Counted from the stretch's first letter, positions 1-12,110 are shown. The stretch: DNA of 64,000 nt from Octopus sinensis (GCF_006345805.1 NC_042997.1:59582001-59646000), one strand, 5' to 3'. A program made the numbers and translations. The notes: generated by a model not told the origin, from the letters alone.

Positions 1-310
1 AGAAGGAAGTATGTGTGGGTATGTGCGTGCAGGTCTGTGTGTGTGTGTGTGTGTGGTTTTGGCTGTTTATATGTGTATGTGTGAGTGAACTTTGTGTCGC
101 TTACTGTTGTAGGAAGAATTTAGTAGTAGGAGCGGCTGTCTTTTGTGTAGCGTGTTTCTCACATGTGCGTAGGGGAGTGGTCAGTACAAAGGTGTTTCAC
201 TGGCAGTTTGAAGTATGTGTGTGCGTGTGTATGTACGTGTGTGCGTGTATGTATATGTTCTGTGTGTAGTGTGTGCATGCGCGTGTGTTTGTGCGTGTAT
301 GTGTGCGTTC
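1..310. repeat. Degenerate (TG)n/GT-rich microsatellite
   Basis: Runs of tgtgtg; ORF 15..269 is only a CV-repeat translation. Confidence 0.9.
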
Positions 311-326
311 CCCCAATTTTTTAGCT

Positions 327-470
327 TCCTTCACTTTTCTACCACAACGATGACATGGTGGAACATTTTCTTCATCTAAAAGGTCATTTCTTCGTAAAAA
401 TGCAACTGTCTTCGTCTTAGAAATTGAAAAGTAAACTAAAACGTTACCTAAAGTAATCGCCCTTAAGTTG
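327..470 (-). mobile_element. Possible Merlin/IS1595-like transposase N-terminal zinc-ribbon remnant
   Basis: Translation TKTVAFLRRNDLLDEENVPPCHRCGRKVKEAKK resembles the FL..GLL...P.C..CG..M N-terminus of Merlin transposases. Recalled resemblance only. Confidence 0.3.
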
Positions 471-544
471 TTGATCACACCCCAAAGAAGCACCGGATAC
501 TGTTTATGAAATACTGGTTTCATACTTTAACACAAGACAAGCAA

Positions 545-1081
545 TTTTAGGGGAGGAGTGAGTCGTTTATATCGGCCCCAGTGTTCAACTTTTTTTTATC
601 GACCACAAAAGGATGAAAGGCAAAGTCGACCTCGGCGGAATTTGAACTCAGAACAGAGCAGCGGACGAAATACCTATGTTTTTACTACCCACAAGGGGCT
701 AAACACAGAGAGGACAAACAAGGACAGACAAACGGTTTAAGTCGATTACATCGACCCCAGTGCGTAACTGGTACTTATTTAATCGACCCCAAAAGGATGA
801 AAGGCAAAGTCGACCTCGGCGGAATTTGAACTCAGAACGTAGCGGCAGACGAAATACCTATTTCTTTATTACCCACAGGGGGCCAAACACAGAGGGGACA
901 AACAAGGACAGACATAGGTATTAAGTCGATTACATCGACCCCAGTGCGTAACTGGTACTTAATTTATCGACCCCGAAAGGATGAAAGGCAAAGTCGACCT
1001 CGGCGGAATTTGAACTCAGAACGTAGCGGCAGACGAAATACCGGTAAGCATTTCGCCCGACGTGCTAACGCTTCTGCCAGC
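545..1081 (-). mobile_element. SINE family A (tRNA-derived, Meta-domain-like core): chain of three head-to-tail units
   Basis: The core gatgaaaggcaaagtcgacctcggcggaatttgaactcagaac occurs three times. Units are joined at gaaatacc|tat. The 5' head (gctaacgcttctgccagc) is present only at the right end. Confidence 0.9.
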
Positions 1082-2774
1082 GACTGGTGGAAAAGACTGT
1101 GACGATGTCCCTACGACTCCATCAGGAGTTGGAAGGTTTCAAATAAAAGCAAGGCAATTTATTTCTAGACGAATATGCATCTTTCCTTTATAAAGATGGC
1201 TAGATGTGATATGAAAGAAACTTGGTTGCTAATTCAAGCATTAAAAAAAAAATTTTATCTAGCTATAATCACAAGAAATATTTCTTAAATTCTGTGTGAA
1301 AGAATATATTAAAGCTTTCAAAAACTAAGATACTCGGTTCTTTGACTAAAGAATGAGTAAAATAATAAAGATCGTTACACTGCAAGATCGACTTGTTTCG
1401 CGAAAGGAATTTATTTAAAAAACTGGACGTCAATAACTTTCGTACAAAATGTTCATGATGAAACTTAAGTATGCGCCAAGGAAGGTCTCTTGAGAATAAG
1501 ATGTAAAGTATTTGGATAAAAAGAGATAAAAATCAAAATTTAACCTAATTTATTTTATAATCTTTTTAATTTTTTCTCATATTTATTTTTATTTTGTAGT
1601 TCATGTCTATTTTTAATCTTTCCAAACGGGAAGTAAATTTGTTACTACCATTAGTTTCGCAGTAGGAACAGTGTTAATAATAGCGTTTAAATATGCATAC
1701 ATCGTTGAAAGTGAGATTTTATACGGTTTGAACTTTTAGATGATGCATAAATTGTCAGAAAATACTTATTGAGAGAAAATCAGTGGAAATCATTTGAAGA
1801 AATATTTCATAAACAGTAGCAGTTGCTGATTTTAACATGTAATTTGAATCAGATAATCAAGTTATTATAATGAAGCGAACCATAAGATGTAATAAGCACT
1901 AATTTCTACATAAATATTGTAATTCAACGCATTGTTTATGAAATCATCTGGGAGTAAAAGGGATTCTAAAACCACTAATTGACCCCACTAATTGGTTAAT
2001 GATTAAGGCACAAGGCCAACAATTTGATTAGACCATCACCCTCACCCGTCTTGTTGCTTAACAACAACAACAGCAGCAGCAGCAGCAACAACAACAACAA
2101 CAACAACAGCAATAACTATAGTCTAAACAACTGAGTAAAACTGACTAGACACGCAATCAACTGAGAACTGGTTTCTTTCGACAACATAGAAGAAGAAATG
2201 AAGGTCAAAATGCTCCTAATGATAGATAAAAGCTAGCAAGTGAATTCTACTGTCTGAAATTGTCACCGATTTCGAAAGGTGGACGCTCACGAAGAAACCC
2301 ACGCAGGTCTATAGAGAGAAGTAATCTGAACAACATCTGAGGACACGTGAACAAAACGATATGAAACTTTGAAGATGAGTTTACCTTCATAATCGCATGA
2401 AGAAGACACTGCAAGGAGTGAAGATTTTATTCTCATCTCTACTAATATTGGCTGAAACAAATGACAGTCAGGGATGTGCCGCCATAAATTGAATGTGCTG
2501 CCATAAATCTTTGATAGGAGGACATTGAATTGAAAGAAAAAAAAGAACAAACAAAAGAAAACAAGAACATACAAGGCAAGTGGCAGACTTCCGATGATGA
2601 TGATGATGATGATGCCAAAGGTCTGCAGAAACTTGTCGGGGAGATTCCACGCAGAAGTGGGTCTTTTTCAAAACAGAACGGTTTACGCAATGCTAGAAGG
2701 ATCTTTAGAGACTTCAGAAGCCGAATTTCAGGTTATTCTAGATGTTTTTTCCATTTTCTGTATGTTACACCTAC

Positions 2775-4400
2775 ATGGCCATTCTAAAAGTTGGCTGTGT
2801 AAATGTACAAGGTCACTTGCTCATTGACCTTAGGTCACTTGCTCATTGACCTTAGGTCACTAGATATAGTGTAACTATCACTAAGATCAACATTTTTAAG
2901 ACGCTCACGCTCGTACTTTTCCTAGACCTGTTTCGGTTGACCCGGATCGAGTAGGGTGGAAGTGTTGTTTTCAAAATGTTTAGATCAAAACAGTTGGTTG
3001 ATACTGGGTGTGAACAATAGTGAAGCCGGACGCACAAACAATAGTGAGGGTCAGGCTCCTTCAGGCGTCAAGAAACATTTTTGGACATATTACTGTTAGT
3101 GGGCTGCTGTATCGGCGACTCAGGCACACGCGGCGATTGTGTAGAACTTGTTAAAGCAGAAAGCCGAGGCAAACTACTTGCAAGCAGTTCTGATTCTTAG
3201 ACACATACCGATAGGATTTTCCGAATTTATCAACGTGAACCAGAAGAAATCACATTGGTTCATCAAAATTGCATCTACATAGGTTTTTTTTTCCTTTCAT
3301 AAATTAGTGACTAAAGATACGGAGGCGCCTACAGTTTCGGTTATGCGACTATTCAGACTACAAGTTTTGCACTGATCTGTACTATAAGCTTAGATAAGAC
3401 TCATAGACAGAGATCCGATTACTTGAAGCAGAACGCATCATTCCCAGTGAGTAAAGCTAATAGCGATCAGGAATAAGAAAGTAAGAAAACCATTAGAGTT
3501 GATAAGGTTTGGCAAAGACAGCAGATTAGAAGATATATTAGGAAACATATTATGACCGACGTACTTGCCGCAAAAACGATACTCGGTCATTTCTTTAACG
3601 TGAAATACATAATGCGCGATAATGGACATAAGATGCAACGTAGTAACAAAGCCACCATCCAGTCTTTGGTTGACTATGATAGGTGTGTGCCACTCGATTC
3701 CAGGAAAATGTATGCGAATATTCAACAACACTTTACTGACTGCTTGAGGTAAACGGTGAATTTTAATGTTTTTCTCGGTGGCCTGCCGCGACTTTCTCAA
3801 GGATAGGTAGACTACTGCAAACAATTTAGTTACACCACTGTGAAATACGTGAGATACTGTCCATGTGTGAAGGGCAAGTCACCGTGTTTCGATAGTCTAC
3901 CTAACGATCTTTGAGTAATAAGGGTCAAGCTTGTTCGCTTTTGGCAGGCAATCTATCGTATATCGCCCATTGCAATTTGAAACAAACTGAGAGCTTTCCA
4001 ATTTGTATGTGCTATAAAGTGGTGATGCTATTGAATAAAGACGCGAACAAGAGGGTCATGATTTATTATTTCAGTTCCATAACCCGGCTGAATGAAGAAT
4101 GAAAGATTTTAGCTAAGGTGACAGAGAATAGGTTGACGCTTGTCGTCGGTAGATTCGCTGCTACACACAAGCTTGTACGATTCCCAGCTGGGCTATATAA
4201 AGACCTTTATCTCGTGTGATATACGATAGAGACGGAATGTAACAAATTTAGCTTCGACAGAGACTCTGATCAATTTATATCAATTTAAAGATTTCATCAG
4301 GGTTCGATCATATGCAACCAGTTTCACTTTTGCTTACAAAGGCTGGATCACTTCGATGTACCGCAGTGTCTGCTCGATTAGATGAAATGACCACATATCA
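2775..4400 (+). mobile_element. Decayed L1/Tx1-like LINE ORF2 (APE endonuclease + N-terminal RT)
   Basis: ATG at 2775 gives MAILKVGCVNVQG (EN start). Further remnants: DYSDYKF (EN end), KATIQSLVDYD (linker) and VVMLLNKDANK..FSSITRLNEE*KILAKVTENRL (RT N-terminus). Many stops and frameshifts. Confidence 0.75.
2811..2861 (+). repeat. 22-bp tandem duplication (x2.3) inside LINE endonuclease
   Basis: ggtcacttgctcattgacctta is repeated at 2811, 2833 and partially at 2855. Confidence 0.9.
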
Positions 4401-5789
4401 GAACTATATGGCTCGAAGAATATTTTGAATGTCATTTATTTTGATAGTTGAGTACCTAGCAAAAACAAACAAACAAACAAACAAAAAACGAGATGAGTAT
4501 GTTCTGGTTCGCTTCTACCTGGGAAGTTGCTGCAGTTAGAGGTGGTGGAAGGAAATTTGAGGTTCATCGGTGTTCTGATTATTATAGATACCAACGTCGC
4601 GGGCGAACACAACTGCAGTGATTACAGAAATAGTAATAGCAACAATAAAAAAAGAACAATACCAATAGTCAAGAACAGCAACACCACAACCTCCACTGTC
4701 ACGAATAGTTTTTACAAGATCAACACTATCAACAACTACGAGCCAACGAGGGTGCCTGTATGCGGTCGCTTGACCTACTAGAAATAGCAGCCAAATCTCC
4801 TTCGAATCGTACCCTACCTATCATATGAAGTAACGATGACATATCATATAATGTAGTCCTATATTCCTCTTACAGGATAGGGTGGTCACAACTGGAATGA
4901 CCCTCACCCTGGGTCAATTCGATCAAGTCTAACTTTGGATTAAATAGCAACAAGAACGGCGATAGCAGTAGCAGAAATGACAGTATCAGCAACAACTACA
5001 CACTTGAATGATTTGCTCGTATCCCAAGCTCTTGGACGCAACATTCGCTAGTGTCAAAGGTTGATTTTTTAAATAAAAACACAAGCAGTACATTATATCA
5101 TATGGTGTGATATCCCCAACCAAATGTAAAATGTTCATCGCAATCTAAGACCTATTACATAAGGTATGCACGTAGGCTGGTAGGTTTCAGTCTTTTGACT
5201 TCATGATGCATGAGAGATTATATAACAAAAAAATAATGACTTCTTATGCACGAAAATTTAACGTAAACTATTTTGAAGTTAATTTTAAAATTAGCGGAAG
5301 ATTTAGAAAAATTATTGATTACTTTGTCTATTTACCATACTTGACACAATTATGAATAACATGTTTTTCTTTTAAATGTTCAAGCATTAATAAGCTGTTC
5401 TTTTTCTTTAAAGCCTTATATTATATTTTTAAAAATCCACATCGCATTAAGATCCATTGCGAAAGCATTAAATCACAGCGCAACGTTTGGGTACCATTGA
5501 TGTGGGCATGCAAGCATGACTAAATTCTTGTTACTCGCAAACTGAGAAGTGCTTTAGAGAAGTATTGGTTACTGTATAACACGTCAAAAAGGCGACAGTA
5601 TAAAACAGCTGAAGCTTTTGAGTCATAATGAAGAGCAGGTGGGAAAAAATCTTGCAAATTTGGAAGAGAAAGAAAATATCGGTTGTTAATAGTCACTGAG
5701 AGATTGACATATAGTGGTATGGTAGGTAAACTTTCGAGTCCAAGAAAGACTATGCCACCAACTTGCACAGATGATCTGTTTATAGTGAT

Positions 5790-5990
5790 TAGATGTTTGA
5801 GTTTTACATTTGCCCATTACCTCCGTCAAATCGATATTACTTGTACAGGCGCACTGCATGCCACATGTCAGATATCGAAATGAAATGAGGTGTTTTGCTC
5901 AAAACCACAACGCACCACAGAATCCAGATATCATAACCGCAATCTTGTGATCGTGAGTGTAAAACCATAATCACTAGCCTACACGCCTTC
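5790..5990 (-). mobile_element. SINE family C-type head (CORE-like), decayed
   Basis: Reverse of the tRNA-like head (..gatcgtgag..tgttttgctcaa..cacaacgcacc). Similar to 19080-19275. Confidence 0.6.
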
Positions 5991-6070
5991 GCTATTGTAG
6001 CAAGTTTTCTATAGAGGGAGATATAAACTGAAAGACTGGAGAGTTTGACGAGTTTAAGTGATAGCTCTGA

Positions 6071-7724
6071 TATACTGTTTTTTAGTATTTTCTGTCTGTT
6101 GAATGGGTTTTGTGAAATTTTGATTGTTGTGTGCTGCTTTGCAGCAATTTTTTCATGCTTTCTCTTATCGAGAGTTAGCGATGGCTGGGAAAAAGAACTT
6201 GTTTTACTCAGACCTTAGCGGGTCTGAGTTATTCACGTCAGAGGAGGAGCTGTTAAGAACGGTCAATGAAATGGATAAACAACTGGAAAGAAGGGAAATG
6301 AATTTTGCAGACGTTACAGAAAGTTTCGGAAGATAATGTGGAAATTGAAATAGGTAGATATAAAAATCTTTTAAGCCGGTATGGCTTCAACCTTCCACCC
6401 CGCAAGAAATGATTAGTAAAATGAAGGAAACAACAGTGATATACAAAACACACTCAGTGAAGGCTTGTAAAGTGGACAATATAACAATTGAACAAGTAGA
6501 GAAGGCGCTGAGGCCTATCTGGCAAGAGATTGTGTATCTTGCCAGAGGGGCGAAGTACGGAGAAGTGGAAGTCCAGTTTAAGGACGAAACAACAGCGAAA
6601 AAACATGCAGCGACCAAGATAAGGAATGAAGAAATAGTACTTTTACCCAGGTACCTGGGACAGAGAGCGTCACGGGTTAGGATGGAAAGAATTCCACCGG
6701 AGATGGATGTGGCCTGGATAGCAGCCGCTGTTCTAATGGGTAATGAAGATAGCGGTGCTCCAGGCTACGAAAACAAAAAGTGTTAATTGGAAGAGTCAGA
6801 CACTGAATATGATTATTCAGGGGTCGAACGTGACGATAGGGGACATGGTGGAGACCTTAACGGTGAACGACACAATAATGAATGTCAGAATGGAGGGCAG
6901 AATCCTTCGCTGCTTTAAATGTGGTCTAAAGGGCCACATTAGAGCGAAATGCCCTCTACCGAACAAAGAGACAGTGAGACCACAAGAGGAAGAACCCAGG
7001 AGGAACCACAGGGAGAACAAAAGGAAGAAAGAATGTTACCGGTAGAGGTGGAAGAAGATGAGGTGGAGAAAGAATGGGAGACAACGAGGAAAAGAAAAAT
7101 GAGAAAAAGGAAGAAATTAAGTCCAACATACACAGAACCCCACGCCACAATTACCCAATGCCCACCCACACCCTCTTTGTCCCACCCTCTCCCTGCAGAC
7201 ACCAAACCTTCCCATTCCCCTCCAACACAAAAACAAAAAAGAAAAGCATTAACACACAGGAACCCACAAACTTCCCCTTCCACTGGTTGCTTTGCGTGTG
7301 TTGTACGAAGAAGCGGAAAACGAACTGGCTAAAAAGGTGATGGAATAAGAGAATACAGTGTTTGTTGGGGTGGAGGTGGGTATTGGCGGGTGCCATACAC
7401 GCGTACTAATAACAGAAGAACAGAAAAATGAGATTGAAAAATACAAAGCAAAATACGAGGTTTGGAAGGTGGAGTATGATAAGGAGAGATTACCAGAGAA
7501 TATAAAATATGAGGAACTCAAAGAAGGCTACGGACTCGATATAATGGAATATAGAGAAAAAAGGGAGTAATGTTGCTTAGTGGGGCAGGTAGCGCCACTT
7601 TCATTTTTCATTTTCATTATCATTGTACCATACGTTTTTATTTGTTTATTTTTTTCATTTGTTCTATCTCCCCACATGTATTGTACTGTCCTCTCTTCGT
7701 TGGCTCCTTGTGGGCCATAAAGAA
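6071..7724 (+). mobile_element. Non-autonomous ORF1/gag-only non-LTR retroelement (CCHC zinc knuckle), frameshifted
   Basis: Overlapping ORFs 6124-7570 form one degraded ORF1 with an RRM-like region (GEVEVQFKD..RVRMERIPP) and knuckle RCFKCGLKGHIRAKC. No RT follows. Flanked by acgagtttaagtgatagctctga (6048-6070) and acgagtttaggtaatagctctga (7725-7747), 21/23 identical. Confidence 0.75.
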
Positions 7725-7824
7725 ACGAGTTTAGGTAATAGCTCTGAGAACACTATTTGAGCGGAATTGAAGGAATACCGTCAATACTGATTACCTTCCT
7801 TAGATTTTAGTGGCCGGAGAAGTA

Positions 7825-8280
7825 GGATCTTTACCTATTGACCGACAGATTTGTTTGTCAGCAACAACTATTGGCGGTGTATTTTTCGTTTGTCACTGTT
7901 ATTTATGACATCGTTCGTGCTTTTGTTCTGGTTTTAGCGTTAAGGTTTTAGGGTTAGGGTTTTAGGGTTAGGGTTAAGGTTTTAGGGTTAGGGTTAGGGT
8001 TGTCATAAATAACAGTGACAAACGAAATATTCACTGCCGGAAGTTCTCGTTGACAAACAACAGCAGTAATTTTATTCAGCTGAATACACGTCATTGATTG
8101 GTTGAAATTACCGAAATACTACAACTTTAACGTGAAATAACTTCCTAAATATATGCTTTTCTCAAAAACGCTAAGAGTAAAATATGTTTTATATGACACA
8201 TTCTACCAGTGTCCGAAGTTTGAAAGTGTTTAGTTACAAAAAATTATTTTAAAAATCTGTCGGTCAAAAGGTAAAAATCC
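7825..8280. mobile_element. MITE with ~27-bp TIRs, 6-bp TSD (gaagta) and internal telomeric-repeat cassette
   Basis: TIR ggatctttacctattgaccgacagatt vs reverse complement ggatttttaccttttgaccgacagatt. gaagta at 7819-7824 and 8281-8286. A TTAGGG/TTTTAGGG tract at ~7940-8000 lies between a perfect 27-bp inverted pair (7884-7910 / 8001-8027). Confidence 0.85.
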
Positions 8281-8659
8281 GAAGTATTATAGTTCGGCGA
8301 CTGAGTGCATTGATGATGAGGTAGAAAAGTTGATAAAGATTTTGCTCTCTGTGAGTGTGCACTGTGTAAAATTGGAAGCAACAAGAGCTGCGTATTCAGA
8401 AACTCTAGCTGTATGTGTGCTATTTAAAGAGCCGCCTTGACTAGGAAATTGCAGAGTGATGGATTTAGTAAAAAAATTTCAGATTTATAGATATATTAAC
8501 AAAAGAACATTCTTTTAAATTCTTCTAGTAAATAAAGTGTTGGTTTCTAACGAAGAAACAAACTATCGCAACTGGAATTTAGGCATCAACAACTGTAAAA
8601 AATACGTATCTTACATATTTTCAAAGCCCCGCTTGTTACACAAAATTAATGAAAATAGT

Positions 8660-8775
8660 TCTTTTATCTTTTACTTATTTCAGTCATTGGACTGTGGCCA
8701 TACTGGGGCACTACCTTGAATGGTTTAGTCGAACAAATTGACTCCAGTATTTTTTAAAGTTTGGTACTTATTCTG
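8660..8775 (-). mobile_element. SINE family B 3' fragment
   Basis: cttttacttatttcagtcattggactgtggccatactggggcac is the reverse of the family B tail seen intact at 62400-62480. Confidence 0.75.
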
Positions 8776-8779
8776 TAAG

Positions 8780-9400
8780 AGTACAGCAATGTCCTGCATC
8801 ATTAGTATTACTTCTCCATTAGTATTCTATTTTTTAAGGGGGTTCTTTTGAATAGTGCATCACTATTGCTCCTTGTAACTGCATGGTAAGCTGGCAGGTG
8901 GCTATAGTACTTGTATGGCCAATATAATGGCTGGTGTCGTGAATTTAAGAATTTTAATGTAAGCAATGTAATTTTAAATTAGACATTAAGTCATCTGTAG
9001 CTTTTGGGGGTTTACATGTTTATGGCTTGTTATTGATAATGTAGCTTTTAATTTTAATACATTTTGTGTTTAGTTTTTATATTTCTGATTTGATCTACTC
9101 TGTAGCCGATTCATTTTATTCAAGAATTAAGAAATCATTTCCTGCGTAGGCGAACAAAATAATTCCCACCTGTTGTCCATATAGACAAGTGGTGCTCCCC
9201 ACCCCTCACTTGGCTGGTGTCCATTTTCACCTTTCTGCATACGATCTCATTTACCTTTATAGTGAGAACTTTCCATTCCTTGTCATTCTTGTCTGTTTTA
9301 TTTAGATTTATGAAGAAGTCGATATTGACGTAGTGGGCGAATTCAAGCGGGTCAGCAAGTCTTCTTTCTTTTTTCTTCACCTCATAATTATTTCTAATTA
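8780..9400 (-). mobile_element. Penelope-like element remnant (GIY-YIG region)
   Basis: Minus-strand translation near 8830-8940, HYIGHTSTIATCQLTMQLQGAIVMH, resembles the PLE GIY-YIG motif YIG.T...L..RLT.H...GAI..H. Very decayed. Confidence 0.4.
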
Positions 9401-10019
9401 GTTTTTTAATGCACCTTGAAATAAAATGTTGACACTAATTTAACTATTGTTTTTCATGCCGATGACGTCTTTGAGTTATTTATTGTCGGGACAATTCTAT
9501 TTTTATGCACCAGTCTGTGTTCATACACAATGTACATTTAATGGTTCTTCCATCACTGCTTTGCTAAGTACGATAAGGTCTATGCTTCACCGCATAAGAA
9601 TAATAAAAATTGAAACGTGTTATGAAGTTGTCACCCATACATGCCGAAACGATAAAAACAGCATTAGCCATTAACTAATATTATTTTCTCACCGTATAAT
9701 TATTTATAGTTGTTTTTTCTAATGATCTTTGCATTAACGCCAAATTGAATATATTTTCACAAGGTTAGCTTGAATTAGAAGTGAATCTGGAAGGGAAACT
9801 TTTAGAGGAAACACCACGAACATAGTCATAGTGACGATGGTACTGGCTGCTTCACTCAGGTTAGACCTGAATGTTGTGTTGTAAAGAGACACGAAGACTG
9901 AAAGCCGTGTTCTGGGTCCGATTGACAGAGACGCGACACGCAACAAATTCACTGTATACGCTGTTTCACGAACCTTGTTCGTCGATGTCAAACCTAGGAG
10001 AGAGAGAGAGAAGGGGGGG

Positions 10020-11300
10020 CTATGGAACTTAGTGGTATATCTCGCCCAAAAATGGATAAAAATAAAGCTATCTCTGAAAGACTGGCTGAAAGTGGCCAAC
10101 TGGTGTTTTGCTTTGGTTGTGAACAACCACCTGGCATCCGTGCCTTATTTCAGAAGTTCTGACTAAATTTCAACCGCCTGCTTTTCCTGTTTTCTCTTCT
10201 TCTTTACAGAAAGGATAAATTCTCTTGGTGACTCGATCCCATACCATTACCTAATTTGTGGAGTCTCGGCATATTCTCTTTGAATATGCACTGAAGCCAC
10301 GAGATCTCCTTAGTTACTTCGACGGGAAACCGGTCCATATACTGTTAGTATTCTTTGGACGGACAGCACAGGATGTCGTGGTTGTTCATACGCAAACATA
10401 TCCTAAGGCTGTGGCATCTACAAAGATTTCTTGATGGAGAGTATCTGTGATCGCCCTTTATCAGACACGTCTTTCTGCAGTTCATTTCCTTGACGGGGCT
10501 GTAGTTTTGGATCAAGCGGAGATCAAAAACTAGACGCTTGCCATCAGGAATGTTCTCAGATAGCGACAGACCTTTACCAGTCGGGCAATGCAAACAATAG
10601 AACGTCGGCATCTGCGTTTTATAAAAGACTAGTAGTGGATGGGAAAGAGTAACAACATTCTCGGGAAAACTTTAGGCGCCGATGAGAATCAAAGAAATGG
10701 TCTGTGCCAAAGAACTTTCAACTGAAGAACTATTGATAACGTCCAGAAATACCTGAGCTGGCAGTGATATCCCGGAGCATTGTTAGTTCGTGACATATTC
10801 TACGGGCACGGAAGCGCAGTCAGCCGGGTCTCTCTGAGATATTGCGCGAAACGATGAAACTGTTTTGCACGCACTTGTCCAGTGTCCGAGCATTATAGTC
10901 TTGTAGATCTATTGTCGTTAGGATGTGAAGATAAGCACACCACCTTCTTTGGTCGAAAAGGTCAGACAGTTTCCCTTTGTTTGATGGCTATGGCGAAAAA
11001 GATTGTGTAGCGGACGAGACTGAAATAATTCAAGGCAGGCACCTTATTTGTCGTTCAAGCCCTCATCAACATTTTCAAGATTCATTTGGAGAACGTGAGG
11101 GTGAAAAGGGAAGGACAACCACCTCAGAAAATTCTTTGAGACGTGGGTGAAAATAGTGAATATGGTACGAGTGAACGAGCCAACTCTCTGAGCATGCAAT
11201 TGTAGACCAGGGAACGAAATGTGGGAGAGGGGACTTGTCCGTGGTAGTTAGGGTCCTCGAGGTTTTATGGAGTTTTCTTGATTGATCCTAAGCAGCTATC
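10020..11300 (+). mobile_element. Decayed L1/Tx1-like LINE ORF2 3' part with C-terminal CCHC finger
   Basis: LAQKWIKIKLSLKDWLKVANW (post-RT motif) and DETVLHALVQCP at 10853. Homologous to 26640-27640. Confidence 0.7.
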
Positions 11301-12110
11301 CCTGTTTTCCGGAATTCTTTCAGAAGTTCTAAAATAATGTATTTTAGAATTTTATTATATTTTACACTTTACACCTAAATTCCTATTGCGTTTGTATCTT
11401 GTTCTCACTATTGTCTTTGTCCTCCCTGAGCTCCCGTTGTTAGTTAAGAAATTATTATTATTGTTATTATCATAGTTGTTGTTAATGCTGTACTTTGGCT
11501 CAATCGTTTGCGCGCCGGACAAAATACTGCAAAGCATTTCGTCCATCAATACCTGCTGAGTTCATATTCCTCCGAAGCTGACTTTACCTTTCATCTTTCC
11601 CGGGTTGATTTTGAATTACTTTTTAATTCAGAAGGATCTTTTCTTTACACATTATTGCACATATTTTATTTAGAATATTCTTTCAAAATATTTGCATTTT
11701 AATCGCAGTAAATATATCCCTAGCAGTAAGAAACACTAGAGGGAGCTGAGCAGCAGGTTTTCAGAGATCCTCTGCTGTTCACTTCACTCCATACACTTTA
11801 AGGCCATGACATACTGTGCTGTTGACAGCATTGTAAACTACTTGGACCCAGATCCAAGGTGCCTTAACTGTAGGGTAAATTCCTACATATTATGAGGGGA
11901 TTCTCGGAACGCCGAAATATTAAAGTCGAGAGTCGGTTCGACTGGAGATCTTAAAGCTGCTGGTTCAATTTTGAGTTTTGGCATGTTGAAATTCTATTTT
12001 ATTCCTGAAATTAGTAACAAACAAATTTTCTATAGCTAGATTTAATAAGAGACGTGGTGGTGGTAGTGGAACATTCTTCGCTCTCACGTGTCCATACACA
12101 CGCGCAGACA

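Noticed and set aside
545-1081. Repeat-spacer-like periodicity resembling a CRISPR array
   Set aside because: The units are ~180-bp SINE bodies in a eukaryotic genome; no unique spacers and no cas genes.
5520-5770. Faint Tc1-like transposase resemblance
   Set aside because: Too many stops and no clear DDE motif to call.
7940-8000. True telomere or chromosome-fusion scar
   Set aside because: The tract is only ~60 bp, single-orientation and enclosed in a TIR/TSD-bounded element.
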